From Bacillota bacterium (GTDB lineage Bacteria > Bacillota > Clostridia > Acetivibrionales > DTU013), in contig JAEZMD010000007.1 of the NCBI GenBank assembly GCA_023435745.1, positions 106,738-170,737 of the forward strand: a stretch of DNA of 64,000 nucleotides. The letters run 5' to 3'. The notes under the pieces are model-generated. The model searched no databases, was not told the origin of the DNA, and saw only the letters and a program-made list of their open reading frames with translations. Positions 50,564 to 60,424 of the stretch are shown one piece after another. Each line of letters opens with the position of its first letter. Positions within the stretch are counted from its first letter, which is position 1. The position numbers were made by a program, and so were the translations under genes.

Positions 50564-51787
50564 ATGAAACTTTTACCTCGAACCAGAATTTTTTTCATAT
50601 GCTGGAGTACATATATTTGTATCTATATTTGCAGAGTCAATATATCTATCGCATTGCCTGAAATTAAAAAAACATTCCAGAATGGGATGGGATTAGCGGG
50701 TATTATCGGTAGTGCATTCTTTATGGTTTACGCTATTGGCCAGCTTGTCAACGGTTTTCTTGGCGACAGGCTGCCTTCAAAGAAACTCGTGGCTGCTGCA
50801 TTGCTGGGCACTGTGCTGATGAACCTTATCATTGGGATCTCAAATAGTATAATGGTGATTGCCGTGTGCTGGGGTATTAACGGCTACTTCCAGTCTATGG
50901 TCTGGGGCCCCTTAATGCGCATCCTCTCAGGCCTTTTCAACAAAGAGGAATTGAGGAAGGTTTCAACGCGTATGTCAACCACCATGGTACTGGGTTACGC
51001 ATTGGCCTGGACAGTTTTAGGCCGCGTCATTCTATTTGCATCATGGAAATGGTTGTTTCTTATTCCAGCAGGGGTCGGAGCTCTTATGCTGGCGGTGTGG
51101 CTGTTGTTTATTGAAAATCAACAGGTACCAAACCCGGGACAGGTTGCCGCTCATAGAACCATCTTGCAATCGCTGGATTTTATTACGAAGCGCCGTCTGT
51201 GGCTTCTGGTATCTGCCTGCTGCTTTATGGGCATAGTGAAGGAAGGCATATCGCTATGGGCGCCTATTCTGTTTCAAGAGGCCATTGGGCTCAGTTTATC
51301 CAACTCCCTAAGCCTCGTATTGCTTATTCCGCTGGCCAATTTATGTGGTATTTTGTTTGCCGGCTGGCTCCATAAAATGATGGGGCGAAGTGACCTGTAT
51401 CCCGTATTGGTAATGTGTGGTATAATTCTGATGTGCGCTGGGGTCTTTAGTCTACCCCTGGGGTTGCCAAAAATGGTCTCTGTGATATTGATTGCATGCA
51501 TCTCTGCAATGTCCTATGGTTGTAATTGCATATTTCTATCACTGATTCCTCTGCGCTTTGGGAAGGATAATATGGTTTCCACCCTTGTGGGAACTTTAGA
51601 TTTCAGCACCTATGTAGGTGCGGCACTCTCCTCTGTTATCACGGGCTTCGTCGTATCTACCGCCGGCTGGGGTCGAATACCGATTCTGTGGCTTGTCGCC
51701 GGTGGTATCGGGTTGTTGCTCTTGTTCCTTCAAGTTCGGACTAGACCAAAAAAAGAGGTGTTAACAATTGTTGAGCAGGAGGTTTAA
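50564..51787 (+). CDS. MFS transporter, GlpT/UhpC-like organophosphate:phosphate antiporter family
   Basis: 407 aa, 12-TM-like, with the N-terminal motif YICRVNISIALPEI typical of the sugar-phosphate antiporter subfamily. Confidence 0.75.
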   Translation: MKLLPRTRIFFICWSTYICIYICRVNISIALPEIKKTFQNGMGLAGIIGSAFFMVYAIGQLVNGFLGDRLPSKKLVAAALLGTVLMNLIIGISNSIMVIAVCWGINGYFQSMVWGPLMRILSGLFNKEELRKVSTRMSTTMVLGYALAWTVLGRVILFASWKWLFLIPAGVGALMLAVWLLFIENQQVPNPGQVAAHRTILQSLDFITKRRLWLLVSACCFMGIVKEGISLWAPILFQEAIGLSLSNSLSLVLLIPLANLCGILFAGWLHKMMGRSDLYPVLVMCGIILMCAGVFSLPLGLPKMVSVILIACISAMSYGCNCIFLSLIPLRFGKDNMVSTLVGTLDFSTYVGAALSSVITGFVVSTAGWGRIPILWLVAGGIGLLLLFLQVRTRPKKEVLTIVEQEV

Positions 51788-51790
51788 AAA

Positions 51791-52648
51791 ATGCATAGTG
51801 AAAAAGAGAATGCACTGATCATCATTGACAGGAACTATCTTTCAATGTCGGAAGCCGAGAAAAAAATTGCGGATTATATTTTAAAAAAACCTGCAGTTGT
51901 TATAAATATGACCGTGCATCAGCTTTCGACTTTAGCGGGTGTATCGGACGGCAGTGTGATACGCTTTGCAAACCAAATGGGGTTCAATGGGTTTACGCAG
52001 CTTAAAATAAATATTGCACAAAATCTTATCAATAAGGAGGAAATACTATATGATCGGCTGTCCGACAGTGACACGCCAAAAAGCGCCATGATTAAAACTT
52101 TCGAAAATGCCATTGCCGCTTTGCGGCAGACCAGCGAATTCATATCAGAGGTGGATATGGAAAAAGCCGCACAATTGCTTTTATGTGTAAAAGACAAGCT
52201 GGAATTTTACGGTGTGGGCAGTTCTTCGATGGTGGCCCTGGATGCGTATTACCGTTTCATGCGCATTGGAATGCCCGCTTACGTAGTGACGGATTCAATT
52301 ATCAGTTCGGTTTCAGCAAGTATGCTGAATGAACACTGTGTGGCTGTGGGCATTTCTCACTCGGGTACAACCATTGAGACCTTACGGGCCATGGAGATAG
52401 CGAAGAATAAGGGTGCAAAAACAATTTGTTTGACCAGTTTTGCCCGAAGCCCTCTTGCAAACCTCTGTGACGTGAGCTTAATTGTCGCATCCAACGAAGC
52501 GGAGTATTATAAAGAAGCGGTGTCCTCACGGCTTGTTCACCTAGCATTACTTGACGCTCTTTGCGGTTATATTGTAGTGAAACGAGCAGACAAATCCATT
52601 GGTTATATGGAAAACCTGGTAGAGATTATGGGAGAACACAGAAAATAG
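51791..52648 (+). CDS. RpiR-family transcriptional regulator (HTH_6 + SIS domain)
   Basis: 285 aa with LSMSEAEKKIADYIL...VHQLSTLAGVSDGSVIRFANQMGFNGF and a SIS sugar-phosphate-binding domain. Confidence 0.85.
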   Translation: MHSEKENALIIIDRNYLSMSEAEKKIADYILKKPAVVINMTVHQLSTLAGVSDGSVIRFANQMGFNGFTQLKINIAQNLINKEEILYDRLSDSDTPKSAMIKTFENAIAALRQTSEFISEVDMEKAAQLLLCVKDKLEFYGVGSSSMVALDAYYRFMRIGMPAYVVTDSIISSVSASMLNEHCVAVGISHSGTTIETLRAMEIAKNKGAKTICLTSFARSPLANLCDVSLIVASNEAEYYKEAVSSRLVHLALLDALCGYIVVKRADKSIGYMENLVEIMGEHRK

Positions 52649-52658
52649 AAGTGTGTTT

Positions 52659-52789
52659 TAAGCCAATTATCGCCGATTACCCGATGATTTCTAACAATTT
52701 CATCGTTTTTTTTAATTATGCTCATTTCCTATTATCCAATTCATCATAGATCTCGTTAAGCGACATGCCTCTTTCCACAAGAAGAACCA
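52659..52789. repeat. Direct-repeat copy B (functional hisIE 3' end plus downstream flank)
   Basis: Partner of 42192-42320. It begins 11 nt after the rpiR stop. Confidence 0.8.
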
Positions 52790-53516
52790 TAATATGATAA
52801 ATCAGGTCTGCAATCTCAGCGCTGATTTCACTGCTATCGCCGTTTTTTGAAGCGATCATAACCTCACCGGCCTCTTCTCCGATCTTTTTAAGTATCTTAT
52901 CAAGCCCCTTGGTAAATAGATAATTTGTATAGGAGCCTTCCTTCGGATGGACCAGCCTGTCTGCGATCACATCAAATACTTCTCCAAGCACCTCTGCCCC
53001 GGCGGTCTTACTCTCTCCGTCTGCTATGCTCTCACCGTTTGTCTTGCTCTCTCCCGCTGCACTGCTTTGGACAGTCTCTGCCATGTTCTGCGCGCTGCCC
53101 TCCGCACCTTGCCCTTCCTGTGCCGGCAGACTTCCGGCTGCCGCCGACGCTGCATCAATCTTCTTCATATCCGCGCCGGCCTTCAGTTCATCAGCCTCCA
53201 GCCTTGTGAAGAAACAGGAACGGTGCCCGGTATGGCAGGCTGCTCCTGTCTGCTCGACCTTGAGAAGCAGGGTGTCTCCGTCACAGTCGATGCTTATGGA
53301 TCTCACCTTCTGAAAGTGACCTGAGGTCTCCCCCTTCAGCCAGAGCTTCTGCCTGCTCCTGCTGTAATAGTATACTTTTCCGGTTTCCACCGTCTTTTTG
53401 AGGGACTCTTCGTTCATCCAGGCCAGCATCAGCACCTCATCGGTCCTGATGTCCTGGGTAACTGCCGGAATAAGCCCGTCCGCATTATATTTAACCATTT
53501 CCAGAATATTTGGCAT
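52722..53516 (-). CDS. hisI: Bifunctional phosphoribosyl-AMP cyclohydrolase / phosphoribosyl-ATP pyrophosphatase with a long low-complexity linker
   Basis: The HisI part has GLIPAVTQD...WLKGETSG...CDGDTLLL...CHTG and the HisE part has TNYLF...[12 protein letters not shown]...[11 protein letters not shown]. The linker of about 70 aa is A/G/S/E/Q-rich. Confidence 0.9.
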   Translation of the reverse strand: MPNILEMVKYNADGLIPAVTQDIRTDEVLMLAWMNEESLKKTVETGKVYYYSRSRQKLWLKGETSGHFQKVRSISIDCDGDTLLLKVEQTGAACHTGHRSCFFTRLEADELKAGADMKKIDAASAAAGSLPAQEGQGAEGSAQNMAETVQSSAAGESKTNGESIADGESKTAGAEVLGEVFDVIADRLVHPKEGSYTNYLFTKGLDKILKKIGEEAGEVMIASKNGDSSEISAEIADLIYHIMVLLVERGMSLNEIYDELDNRK

Positions 53517-53517
53517 G

Positions 53518-54279
53518 CTACAACCTCACTTCAATTCCTTTTTCTTTTAAGAAGGCCTTCAGTTCGCGGATCTCCATTTCCCGGAAGTGGAACAGCGACG
53601 CCGCAAGCACTGCATCAGCCTTTCCAACAGTCAGCGCCTCATAAAAGTGCTCCATCGTCCCGGCGCCTCCCGAAGCAATGACCGGTATTTTCACAACCTC
53701 CGAGATGGACCGGGTCAGCTCAATATCATAACCGTTTTTTGTCCCGTCGCAATCCATACTTGTCAGAAGGATCTCGCCCGCGCCCAGCTTTGCCGCCTCG
53801 GCCGCCCATTCGACAGCATCCCGGCCGGTGTTGATACGGCCGCCGTTGAGATAGACATCCCAACCGCTCCCGTCCTCCCGTTTCTTTGCATCAATAGCCG
53901 CCACAACACACTGGCTTCCAAACCGGTCTGCAGCTTCGGAGATAAGCTCCGGCCTCTTTAAGGCCGCAGAATTGACCGATACCTTGTCTGCGCCGGCCTT
54001 TAGTATTTCCCTGAAATCATCAGCGGTCCTGATCCCGCCTCCGACGGTGAACGGGATAAATACCTGCTCAGCCACCCGCCTTACCACATCTGTCATAATA
54101 TTTCTGGCGTCGGAGGATGCGGTAATATCCAGAAAGGTCAACTCATCCGCGCCGGCCTTATCATAAAAGGAAGCGATCTCTACCGGATCACCTGCGTCTC
54201 TGATATTGACAAAATTGACGCCCTTGACGACTCTGCCGCCGCGGACATCCAAACATGGGATAATACGCTTCGTATGCAT
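53518..54279 (-). CDS. hisF: Imidazole glycerol phosphate synthase cyclase subunit
   Basis: [23 protein letters not shown]..., typical HisF. Confidence 0.95.
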   Translation of the reverse strand: MHTKRIIPCLDVRGGRVVKGVNFVNIRDAGDPVEIASFYDKAGADELTFLDITASSDARNIMTDVVRRVAEQVFIPFTVGGGIRTADDFREILKAGADKVSVNSAALKRPELISEAADRFGSQCVVAAIDAKKREDGSGWDVYLNGGRINTGRDAVEWAAEAAKLGAGEILLTSMDCDGTKNGYDIELTRSISEVVKIPVIASGGAGTMEHFYEALTVGKADAVLAASLFHFREMEIRELKAFLKEKGIEVRL

Positions 54280-54307
54280 AACGACACCTCTTCACTTCGT
54301 TTCTTTA

Positions 54308-55030
54308 TTACTTCGCAGCTGCGATAGCTTCCTGCAGCTTGATATCTCCCGTGTAGAGGGCTTTTCCAACGATTGCTCCCGAGACGCCCAGTTCCTTTAG
54401 ATTGATGATATCCTGAAGACCTGTCACACCTCCGGATGCGATCACCTCTATACCAACGCTTCTGACCATTTCCTCCATGGCTTTGAGGTTCGGCCCTCTC
54501 AGCATCCCATCGCGTGATATATCTGTATAAATGATGGTCTTTGCTCCAAGCTCCTCCATCTTTTTTGCAAATCCAACAGCCGTAAACGAACTTGTTTTTG
54601 CCCAGCCCTCAATAGCTACCAGGCCATCCCTGGCATCAATGGCAACCGCAAGATTATTTCCGAAGCTTTGAACAGCTTTTTTAACCATATCCTGATCCTT
54701 AACGGCAGAGGTCCCCAAGATGACTCTTTCAATGCCCTTGCACAGAATAATTTCCATCATTTCGATCGTGCGGATACCTCCGCCCAGTTGAATCGGGATA
54801 CCCATCTTTACAGCCATTTCGCTGATAATGGCAATGTTCTGCGGCTCCCCGAGCCTGGCTCCGTCCAGATCAACCACATGCAGATATTCCGCTCCCATCT
54901 GCTCAAAATTTCTCGCCATTTCCACGGGATGATTGGAATAAATGGTTTCATCATTAAATTGACCCTGTACCAGTCTGACGCACTTGCCGTCCTTGATGTC
55001 TATTGCGGGATAAATAATCATCCTCTTCAC
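54308..55030 (-). CDS. hisA: ProFAR isomerase
   Basis: MIIYPAIDIKDGKCVRLVQG..., typical HisA. Confidence 0.95.
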   Translation of the reverse strand: MKRMIIYPAIDIKDGKCVRLVQGQFNDETIYSNHPVEMARNFEQMGAEYLHVVDLDGARLGEPQNIAIISEMAVKMGIPIQLGGGIRTIEMMEIILCKGIERVILGTSAVKDQDMVKKAVQSFGNNLAVAIDARDGLVAIEGWAKTSSFTAVGFAKKMEELGAKTIIYTDISRDGMLRGPNLKAMEEMVRSVGIEVIASGGVTGLQDIINLKELGVSGAIVGKALYTGDIKLQEAIAAAK

Positions 55031-55086
55031 TCCTGTTTAGATTCTGTTTTGATTATCGTATAGCTGATATGTCCCTGTTATATCCG

Positions 55087-55701
55087 TTAAATCATTGCCG
55101 CCCAGTTTTTCAGGATGTCGAGGCCGATATCCCCGCTCTTTTCAGGGTGAAATTGTGTGGCGAAGATCCTGCCGCTGCTGATGGCCGCATCAAAGCGGAC
55201 GCCATAATCGCAGGTTGCCGCAACAATAGCTTTGTCCGCCGCATCCAGATAAAAAGAATGTACGAAATAAACAAACGGGTTTTCCGGCAGCCCCTTAAAA
55301 AGCGGACTATCAGTACATTGCAGCGAGTTCCAGCCCATGTGGGGCACCTTCAATCCCGCATCCTGCGGTAATCCTCTGATCGCGCCGCCAAAAAGCCCAA
55401 GCCCCCGCACATTATTACCGCCCTCTTCGCTGGTTTCAAAGAGCAGCTGCATACCTAGGCAGATCCCCAGAAAAAGTCTGTTCTGCCTAACAATTTCACT
55501 AACCGTCTCAACCATTCCACGCTTTTCCAGACGCATCATGGCGTCGGAGTACGCTCCTACGCCCGGCAGGACAACAGCGTCTGCACGCCTTATTGTATCA
55601 AGCTCCGATGTAATGCAAGTCTTCAGGCCTATAAACCTCATGGCCTTTTCCACGCTGCCCAGATTTCCAACACCATAATCTATAATTGCTATCAACGTCA
55701 A
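55087..55701 (-). CDS. hisH: Imidazole glycerol phosphate synthase glutamine amidotransferase subunit
   Basis: IAIIDYGVGNLGSV, GICLGMQ and FHPEKS motifs. The start is a TTG at 55701 or 55695, overlapping or abutting the purC stop. Confidence 0.93.
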   Translation of the reverse strand: MTLIAIIDYGVGNLGSVEKAMRFIGLKTCITSELDTIRRADAVVLPGVGAYSDAMMRLEKRGMVETVSEIVRQNRLFLGICLGMQLLFETSEEGGNNVRGLGLFGGAIRGLPQDAGLKVPHMGWNSLQCTDSPLFKGLPENPFVYFVHSFYLDAADKAIVAATCDYGVRFDAAISSGRIFATQFHPEKSGDIGLDILKNWAAMI

Positions 55702-56582
55702 CCCAGCCTTTTCCCGGTAATTCTTTCATACGCCTCGATATACTTTGCTTCCGTTTTGCTGATGACGCTCTTCGGGAGTGTCGGCGCCGGCGGCTGCTTG
55801 TTCCATTTGATTTCTTCAAGATATTCTCTGACAAACTGCTTGTCAAAGCTTTTCTGTGGTCTGCCCGGCTCATAGTCGGCCATTTCCCAGAACCTTGAGG
55901 AATCTGGCGTAAAGGCTTCATCCGCCAGTACCAGTTTTCCATCCAATATGCCGAATTCAAACTTGGTGTCGGCAAGAATGATTCCCTTGCTTTCCGCATG
56001 GAGGCAGGCCGCCTTGTACAGGGCCAAGCTGGTATCTCTCAGAAGCGTCGCCATTTCCGACCCTATTCGATGAGACAGCTCTTCAAACGTTACGTTTTCA
56101 TCGTGTCCCTCCGAAGCCTTTGTAGAGGGTGTGAATATCGGTTCGGGCAATTTTTCACACTGTCTTAGCCCGGCAGGAAGCTTAATCCCGCAAATGCTGC
56201 CGGCGGCGTTGTATTCCTTCAAGCCCGAGCCCTCAAGATAGCCGCGGACAATACATTCCGCCTCAGCCATCTGCACCTTGTGAACCAGCATGGATCTGCC
56301 CTGCAGCTCCTCCTTATATTTTGACAGGCCATCGGGATATTGGCTTACATCTGTGGTGATCATGTGATTGCCGATAATATTGGAGGTGTGGTTAAACCAA
56401 AACTCCGATATACTGTTGAGTACCTTGCCCTTGTTGGGGATCAGGTCGTCAAATACGACGTCAAAGGCCGATATCCTGTCTGTTACAACGATCAGCAGCT
56501 TATCACCCAGGTCGTAAACATTTCTTACCTTTCCTCTGATAAAAAGTGGTTTTTCAATAAAATTGGTGTCATTCATCAACAT
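55698..56582 (-). CDS. purC: SAICAR synthetase (long form) embedded in the his operon
   Basis: 294 aa with LFIRGKVRNVYDLGDKLLIVVTDRISAFD, ADTKFEFG and KQFVREYL motifs. Confidence 0.9.
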   Translation of the reverse strand: MLMNDTNFIEKPLFIRGKVRNVYDLGDKLLIVVTDRISAFDVVFDDLIPNKGKVLNSISEFWFNHTSNIIGNHMITTDVSQYPDGLSKYKEELQGRSMLVHKVQMAEAECIVRGYLEGSGLKEYNAAGSICGIKLPAGLRQCEKLPEPIFTPSTKASEGHDENVTFEELSHRIGSEMATLLRDTSLALYKAACLHAESKGIILADTKFEFGILDGKLVLADEAFTPDSSRFWEMADYEPGRPQKSFDKQFVREYLEEIKWNKQPPAPTLPKSVISKTEAKYIEAYERITGKRLG

Positions 56583-56613
56583 ATTCTATATCCTTTCATT
56601 CCTTGTTTATCAA

Positions 56614-57201
56614 TCACAGCAGGCCCTTGGTGGACATAACCCCTTTTATTCGGTCATCACATCGGATCGCCTCGTCAAGCGCCCTGCCAAAAGCCTTGAA
56701 TACCGCTTCAACGATATGATGATTATTACTGCCGTACAGCACATTTATATGTACATTCATTGCCGCATTTACCGAAACCGCTCTGAAAAATTCCTCTACG
56801 AGCTCCGTCTCCATATCACCCACACGCTCATTGGTGTACCGGGTATTGCAGACCAGATACGGCCTCCCTCCAAGGTCAACACAAACCATCGCCATAGCCT
56901 CATCCATCGGCACGTAAGACGTTCCGTACCTTCTGATGGAGATCTTGTCGCCCAACGCCTGCTTCAAGGCCTGCCCCAGCACAATCCCTAAGTCCTCCAC
57001 CGTGTGATGGGCATCTACCTGCAAGTCTCCCCGGGCTTTAATCTCCAGATTTATTAAACCGTGCTTTGAAAACAGCGTCAGCATATGATCCAGAAACCCA
57101 ATGCCAGTATCGATGACGGAATTTCCTTCTCCGTCGAGCTCCAGTTTCAATGTAATATCTGTTTCGGCTGTCTTCCTGCTCAATTGCGCAGCTCTGGACA
57201 T
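56614..57201 (-). CDS. hisB: Imidazoleglycerol-phosphate dehydratase
   Basis: [16 protein letters not shown]..., [14 protein letters not shown] and NNHHIVEA motifs. The ATG at 57201 is preceded by GGAGGTG. Confidence 0.95.
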   Translation of the reverse strand: MSRAAQLSRKTAETDITLKLELDGEGNSVIDTGIGFLDHMLTLFSKHGLINLEIKARGDLQVDAHHTVEDLGIVLGQALKQALGDKISIRRYGTSYVPMDEAMAMVCVDLGGRPYLVCNTRYTNERVGDMETELVEEFFRAVSVNAAMNVHINVLYGSNNHHIVEAVFKAFGRALDEAIRCDDRIKGVMSTKGLL

Positions 57202-57304
57202 ATCGCACCTCCGCTTGCTTATCTTTACCAACGTAATTATAACAAAACTGCCCTATACAAATCCACAGTATTCTATATTTTTATTAAACCGCTCTGTTTC
57301 AATG

Positions 57305-58381
57305 TTACCTTTCAGAGCCTTGTTCATTCATTATATCGTCCAAAGCTGCAACGACGGCTGTCATCTCCTCATCAGTGCCGATACTGATCCGCAGATGGTT
57401 GTCTATAAGCGGCTTACTGAAGTAACGGACAAGAATGCCCCGCTTGCGAAGCTCCGTGAATATTTTCTCAGCACGTACGCTCCTGTGGCTGACAAACACA
57501 AAATTGGCCGCAGAATCGGTAACGGTGAACTCTCTTTTAAGAAGCTCCTCAACAAATCTTTCGCGCGTGGTAACGACCTTTTCAGTAACCGTTCTGTAGT
57601 ACTCTTCGTCCTTAAACGCCGCTGCACCGGCAACAATCGCCAGTCTGTCGAGCGTATAGGAATTGAATGAATTCTTCACACTGTCAAGCGCACGGATCAA
57701 TTCGCTGTCTCCAAATGCAAACCCTATTCTCATGCCGGCCAGCGCACGGGATTTGGAAAAAGTCTGTATGACCAGCAGGTTCGGATATTCGCTGATCAGC
57801 CCGACGGCTGTCTCTCCGCCGTAATCGATATAAGCTTCGTCCACAATCACCACCGTATCCGGATTACCTCCGAGCAACTTGCGGATGGCCGAAAGAGGCA
57901 TCGCCTTGCCGGTCGGAGCATTCGGATTTGCCAGAATCACTCCTCCGCAGCTGTTAAGAAGCTGCTCAGATGGAATGTTAAATTCGCTGTCCAGCGGCGT
58001 GGTAACATAGTCAAGCTGAAACAGCGACGCGTACACAGGGTAGAAGGAGTAGGTGATATTGGGAAACACGATCGCCCGGCCGGGGTCAAAGAACGCCATA
58101 AAGGCAAAGGCCAGCACCTCATCGGAGCCATTTCCCGCAAAGATCTGATCCTTATGTATTCCAAAGCTCTCCGCCGCCGCGCTGATAAGAACGTCACAAG
58201 TCGGATCGGGATATAATCTGAGACTGTCGTCCGCTGCCTCCCTGATCGCCTCCAGCACCTTCGGCGACGGACCGTAGGGGTTTTCATTGGTATTTAGCTT
58301 GATATATCGTCTGTCCCTGGGCTGTTCACCAGGTACATAAGGCTCCAGTCCGCCGGCCAGAATACTCCAGTATTTGTTCAT
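57305..58381 (-). CDS. hisC: Histidinol-phosphate aminotransferase
   Basis: LNTNENPYGPSP and the PLP-Lys context QTFSKSRALAG. The ATG at 58381 is preceded by GAGGGGAG. Confidence 0.93.
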   Translation of the reverse strand: MNKYWSILAGGLEPYVPGEQPRDRRYIKLNTNENPYGPSPKVLEAIREAADDSLRLYPDPTCDVLISAAAESFGIHKDQIFAGNGSDEVLAFAFMAFFDPGRAIVFPNITYSFYPVYASLFQLDYVTTPLDSEFNIPSEQLLNSCGGVILANPNAPTGKAMPLSAIRKLLGGNPDTVVIVDEAYIDYGGETAVGLISEYPNLLVIQTFSKSRALAGMRIGFAFGDSELIRALDSVKNSFNSYTLDRLAIVAGAAAFKDEEYYRTVTEKVVTTRERFVEELLKREFTVTDSAANFVFVSHRSVRAEKIFTELRKRGILVRYFSKPLIDNHLRISIGTDEEMTAVVAALDDIMNEQGSER

Positions 58382-58413
58382 TAGTTTTCTCCCCTCACCT
58401 TCCGTCTTGCCGA

Positions 58414-59721
58414 TCACTTGCCTTTATTCCCTTCAAACCGCACTCTGATCGCATTTGCATGTCCGTCCAGGCCTTCATATTCCGCGAACCGCATCACATC
58501 TTCGCTTGCCTTCTCCAGCGCCTGCCTGGTGTACGAGATCACACTGGATTTTTTCATGTAGTCGTCCACATTTAACGGAGAGAAAAATCTGGCTGTCCCA
58601 CCGGTGGGAAGCACATGATCCGGGCCTGCAAAATAATCCCCCAGCGGTTCCGGCGACCAGTGTCCAAGGAAGACAGCTCCGGCATTTTTCACATAGGCCA
58701 GCCGGCTGAACGGATCCTCAATACACAGCTCCAGGTGCTCAGGAGCAATACGGTTCACAACATCCATTGCTTCATCCAGATCGTTTACAATAACAGCCGC
58801 GCCGTAATCGGCAAGAGATTTGTCCAGAATATCTTTTCTGGTCAGCTTTGCAGCCTGTTTTTCAATTTCTGTCCGCACAGCCTGCGCCAGCTTCTGTGAA
58901 GGAGTGACCAGAATGGATGCCGAAAGCGCGTCATGCTCGGCCTGGGACAGCAGATCGGCAGCAACATATCCGGGATTGGCGGAATCATCGGCAACCACGG
59001 CTATCTCACTTGGTCCTGCAAACATATCTATATCACAATACCCGAAAACGAGTCTTTTAGCCGTCGATACATAAATATTTCCGGGGCCGAATATCTTGTC
59101 CACCCTTGTTACGGTACGGGTTCCGAAGGCCATCGCCGCGATAGCCTGAGCTCCGCCCACCTTGAAGATTTCTGTCACACCGGCTTCCTGCGCTGCTACA
59201 AGTACTCCGGGATTTATTTTTCCATCCCTTCCCGGAGGCGTCGCCATGATTATTTTATCAACACCGGCGACCTTTGCGGGCAGTGCGTTCATCAATACAG
59301 AGGAGGTCAGCACCGCAGTGCCGCCCGGTACATATATGCCCACTATTTCAAGGGGTCTGTACAACTGCCCCAGCAAAATACCGTCGGTACCTGTCGAAAA
59401 CCAGGAATTCTGCTTCTGTTTCTCATGGAAGGCTATGATATTTTCTTTTGCTCTCCTGATCACACCGATCATTTCCGGGTCTATCAGATCGTATGCTTCC
59501 TTCATTTCCCGTTCAGAGACCTTCAAGGATCCAGGCTCCAGCTCAACCCTGTCAAAAAGCTTTGTATACTCCAGCAGCGCTTCGTCACCTTTTGCTCTGA
59601 TGTTTGCCAGGATCTCACCCACTACCCGGACCACATCCGCTTTCCCGACTCTGTCCCGCTCAACCAGCTTGCTAAAAAGTCCGGCATCCTTACTCTCGCG
59701 CATATCTATTATTTTTATCAT
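58414..59721 (-). CDS. hisD: Histidinol dehydrogenase
   Basis: GGAQAIAAMAFGT, SQAEHD and other HisD motifs. The ATG at 59721 is preceded by GGGGTGAGGG. Confidence 0.95.
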   Translation of the reverse strand: MIKIIDMRESKDAGLFSKLVERDRVGKADVVRVVGEILANIRAKGDEALLEYTKLFDRVELEPGSLKVSEREMKEAYDLIDPEMIGVIRRAKENIIAFHEKQKQNSWFSTGTDGILLGQLYRPLEIVGIYVPGGTAVLTSSVLMNALPAKVAGVDKIIMATPPGRDGKINPGVLVAAQEAGVTEIFKVGGAQAIAAMAFGTRTVTRVDKIFGPGNIYVSTAKRLVFGYCDIDMFAGPSEIAVVADDSANPGYVAADLLSQAEHDALSASILVTPSQKLAQAVRTEIEKQAAKLTRKDILDKSLADYGAAVIVNDLDEAMDVVNRIAPEHLELCIEDPFSRLAYVKNAGAVFLGHWSPEPLGDYFAGPDHVLPTGGTARFFSPLNVDDYMKKSSVISYTRQALEKASEDVMRFAEYEGLDGHANAIRVRFEGNKGK

Positions 59722-59786
59722 ATCCCTCACCCCTACCCATCATTACTTCTATACTTTTATCTCAGTGCCTCGTTCATGCGATAGCC

Positions 59787-60419
59787 TTACAGCTGCTTCC
59801 TGAGACCCTCTATGATTTCATTGACCCGTTCACTTTCCACCTTCATGCTTACCCTGTTCACCACCAGCCTTGCGCTGATGTCAGCAATGGTATCCAGTAT
59901 GACAAGTCCGTTGTCTTTCAGCGTTCTCCCGCTTTCCACCAGATCCACGATGACCTCCGACAAACCGACCAGCGGCGCAAGCTCCACCGACCCGCTCAGC
60001 TTTATTACCTCTATGGATTCCCGGCGTTTATGCTCAAAGTACTCTTTTGCAATGCGGGGATATTTAGTGCCAACTCTCTTATTATTAAGACTGTCCAGTT
60101 TACCGGCCAGCTCCGCAGGCCCTGCGACCACCATCCGGCAGGCAGCAAATCCGAGATTCAGCACTTCATATAAATGCCTCCCCTCTTCGAGCAGCGTATC
60201 CTTTCCGACCACGCCGATGTCTGCCGCGCCATATTCCACGTAAGTTGGCACATCAGCAGGCTTTACAAGAAAAAACCTGGTTTTACTCTTTTCATCCGTA
60301 AAGATCAGCTTGCGCGATTCGTCATAATATTCGGAGCAGTCTATTCCGATCTTCTCCAGCATTTCTATGGACAGGTCTGCCAGTCTTCCCTTTGACAACG
60401 CTATTGTAAGATATCTCAA
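59787..60419 (-). CDS. hisG: ATP phosphoribosyltransferase, short (HisZ-dependent) form
   Basis: [12 protein letters not shown]...; about 210 aa. A TTG at 60419 preceded by GAGGTG is preferred over the GTG at 60428. Confidence 0.9.
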   Translation of the reverse strand: MRYLTIALSKGRLADLSIEMLEKIGIDCSEYYDESRKLIFTDEKSKTRFFLVKPADVPTYVEYGAADIGVVGKDTLLEEGRHLYEVLNLGFAACRMVVAGPAELAGKLDSLNNKRVGTKYPRIAKEYFEHKRRESIEVIKLSGSVELAPLVGLSEVIVDLVESGRTLKDNGLVILDTIADISARLVVNRVSMKVESERVNEIIEGLRKQL

Positions 60420-60424
60420 CCAAC

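Noticed and set aside
58933-59803. Plus-strand ORFs of 283 and 213 aa antisense to hisD
   Set aside because: Shadow frames of a well-supported his gene, with no start context or recognisable motifs.
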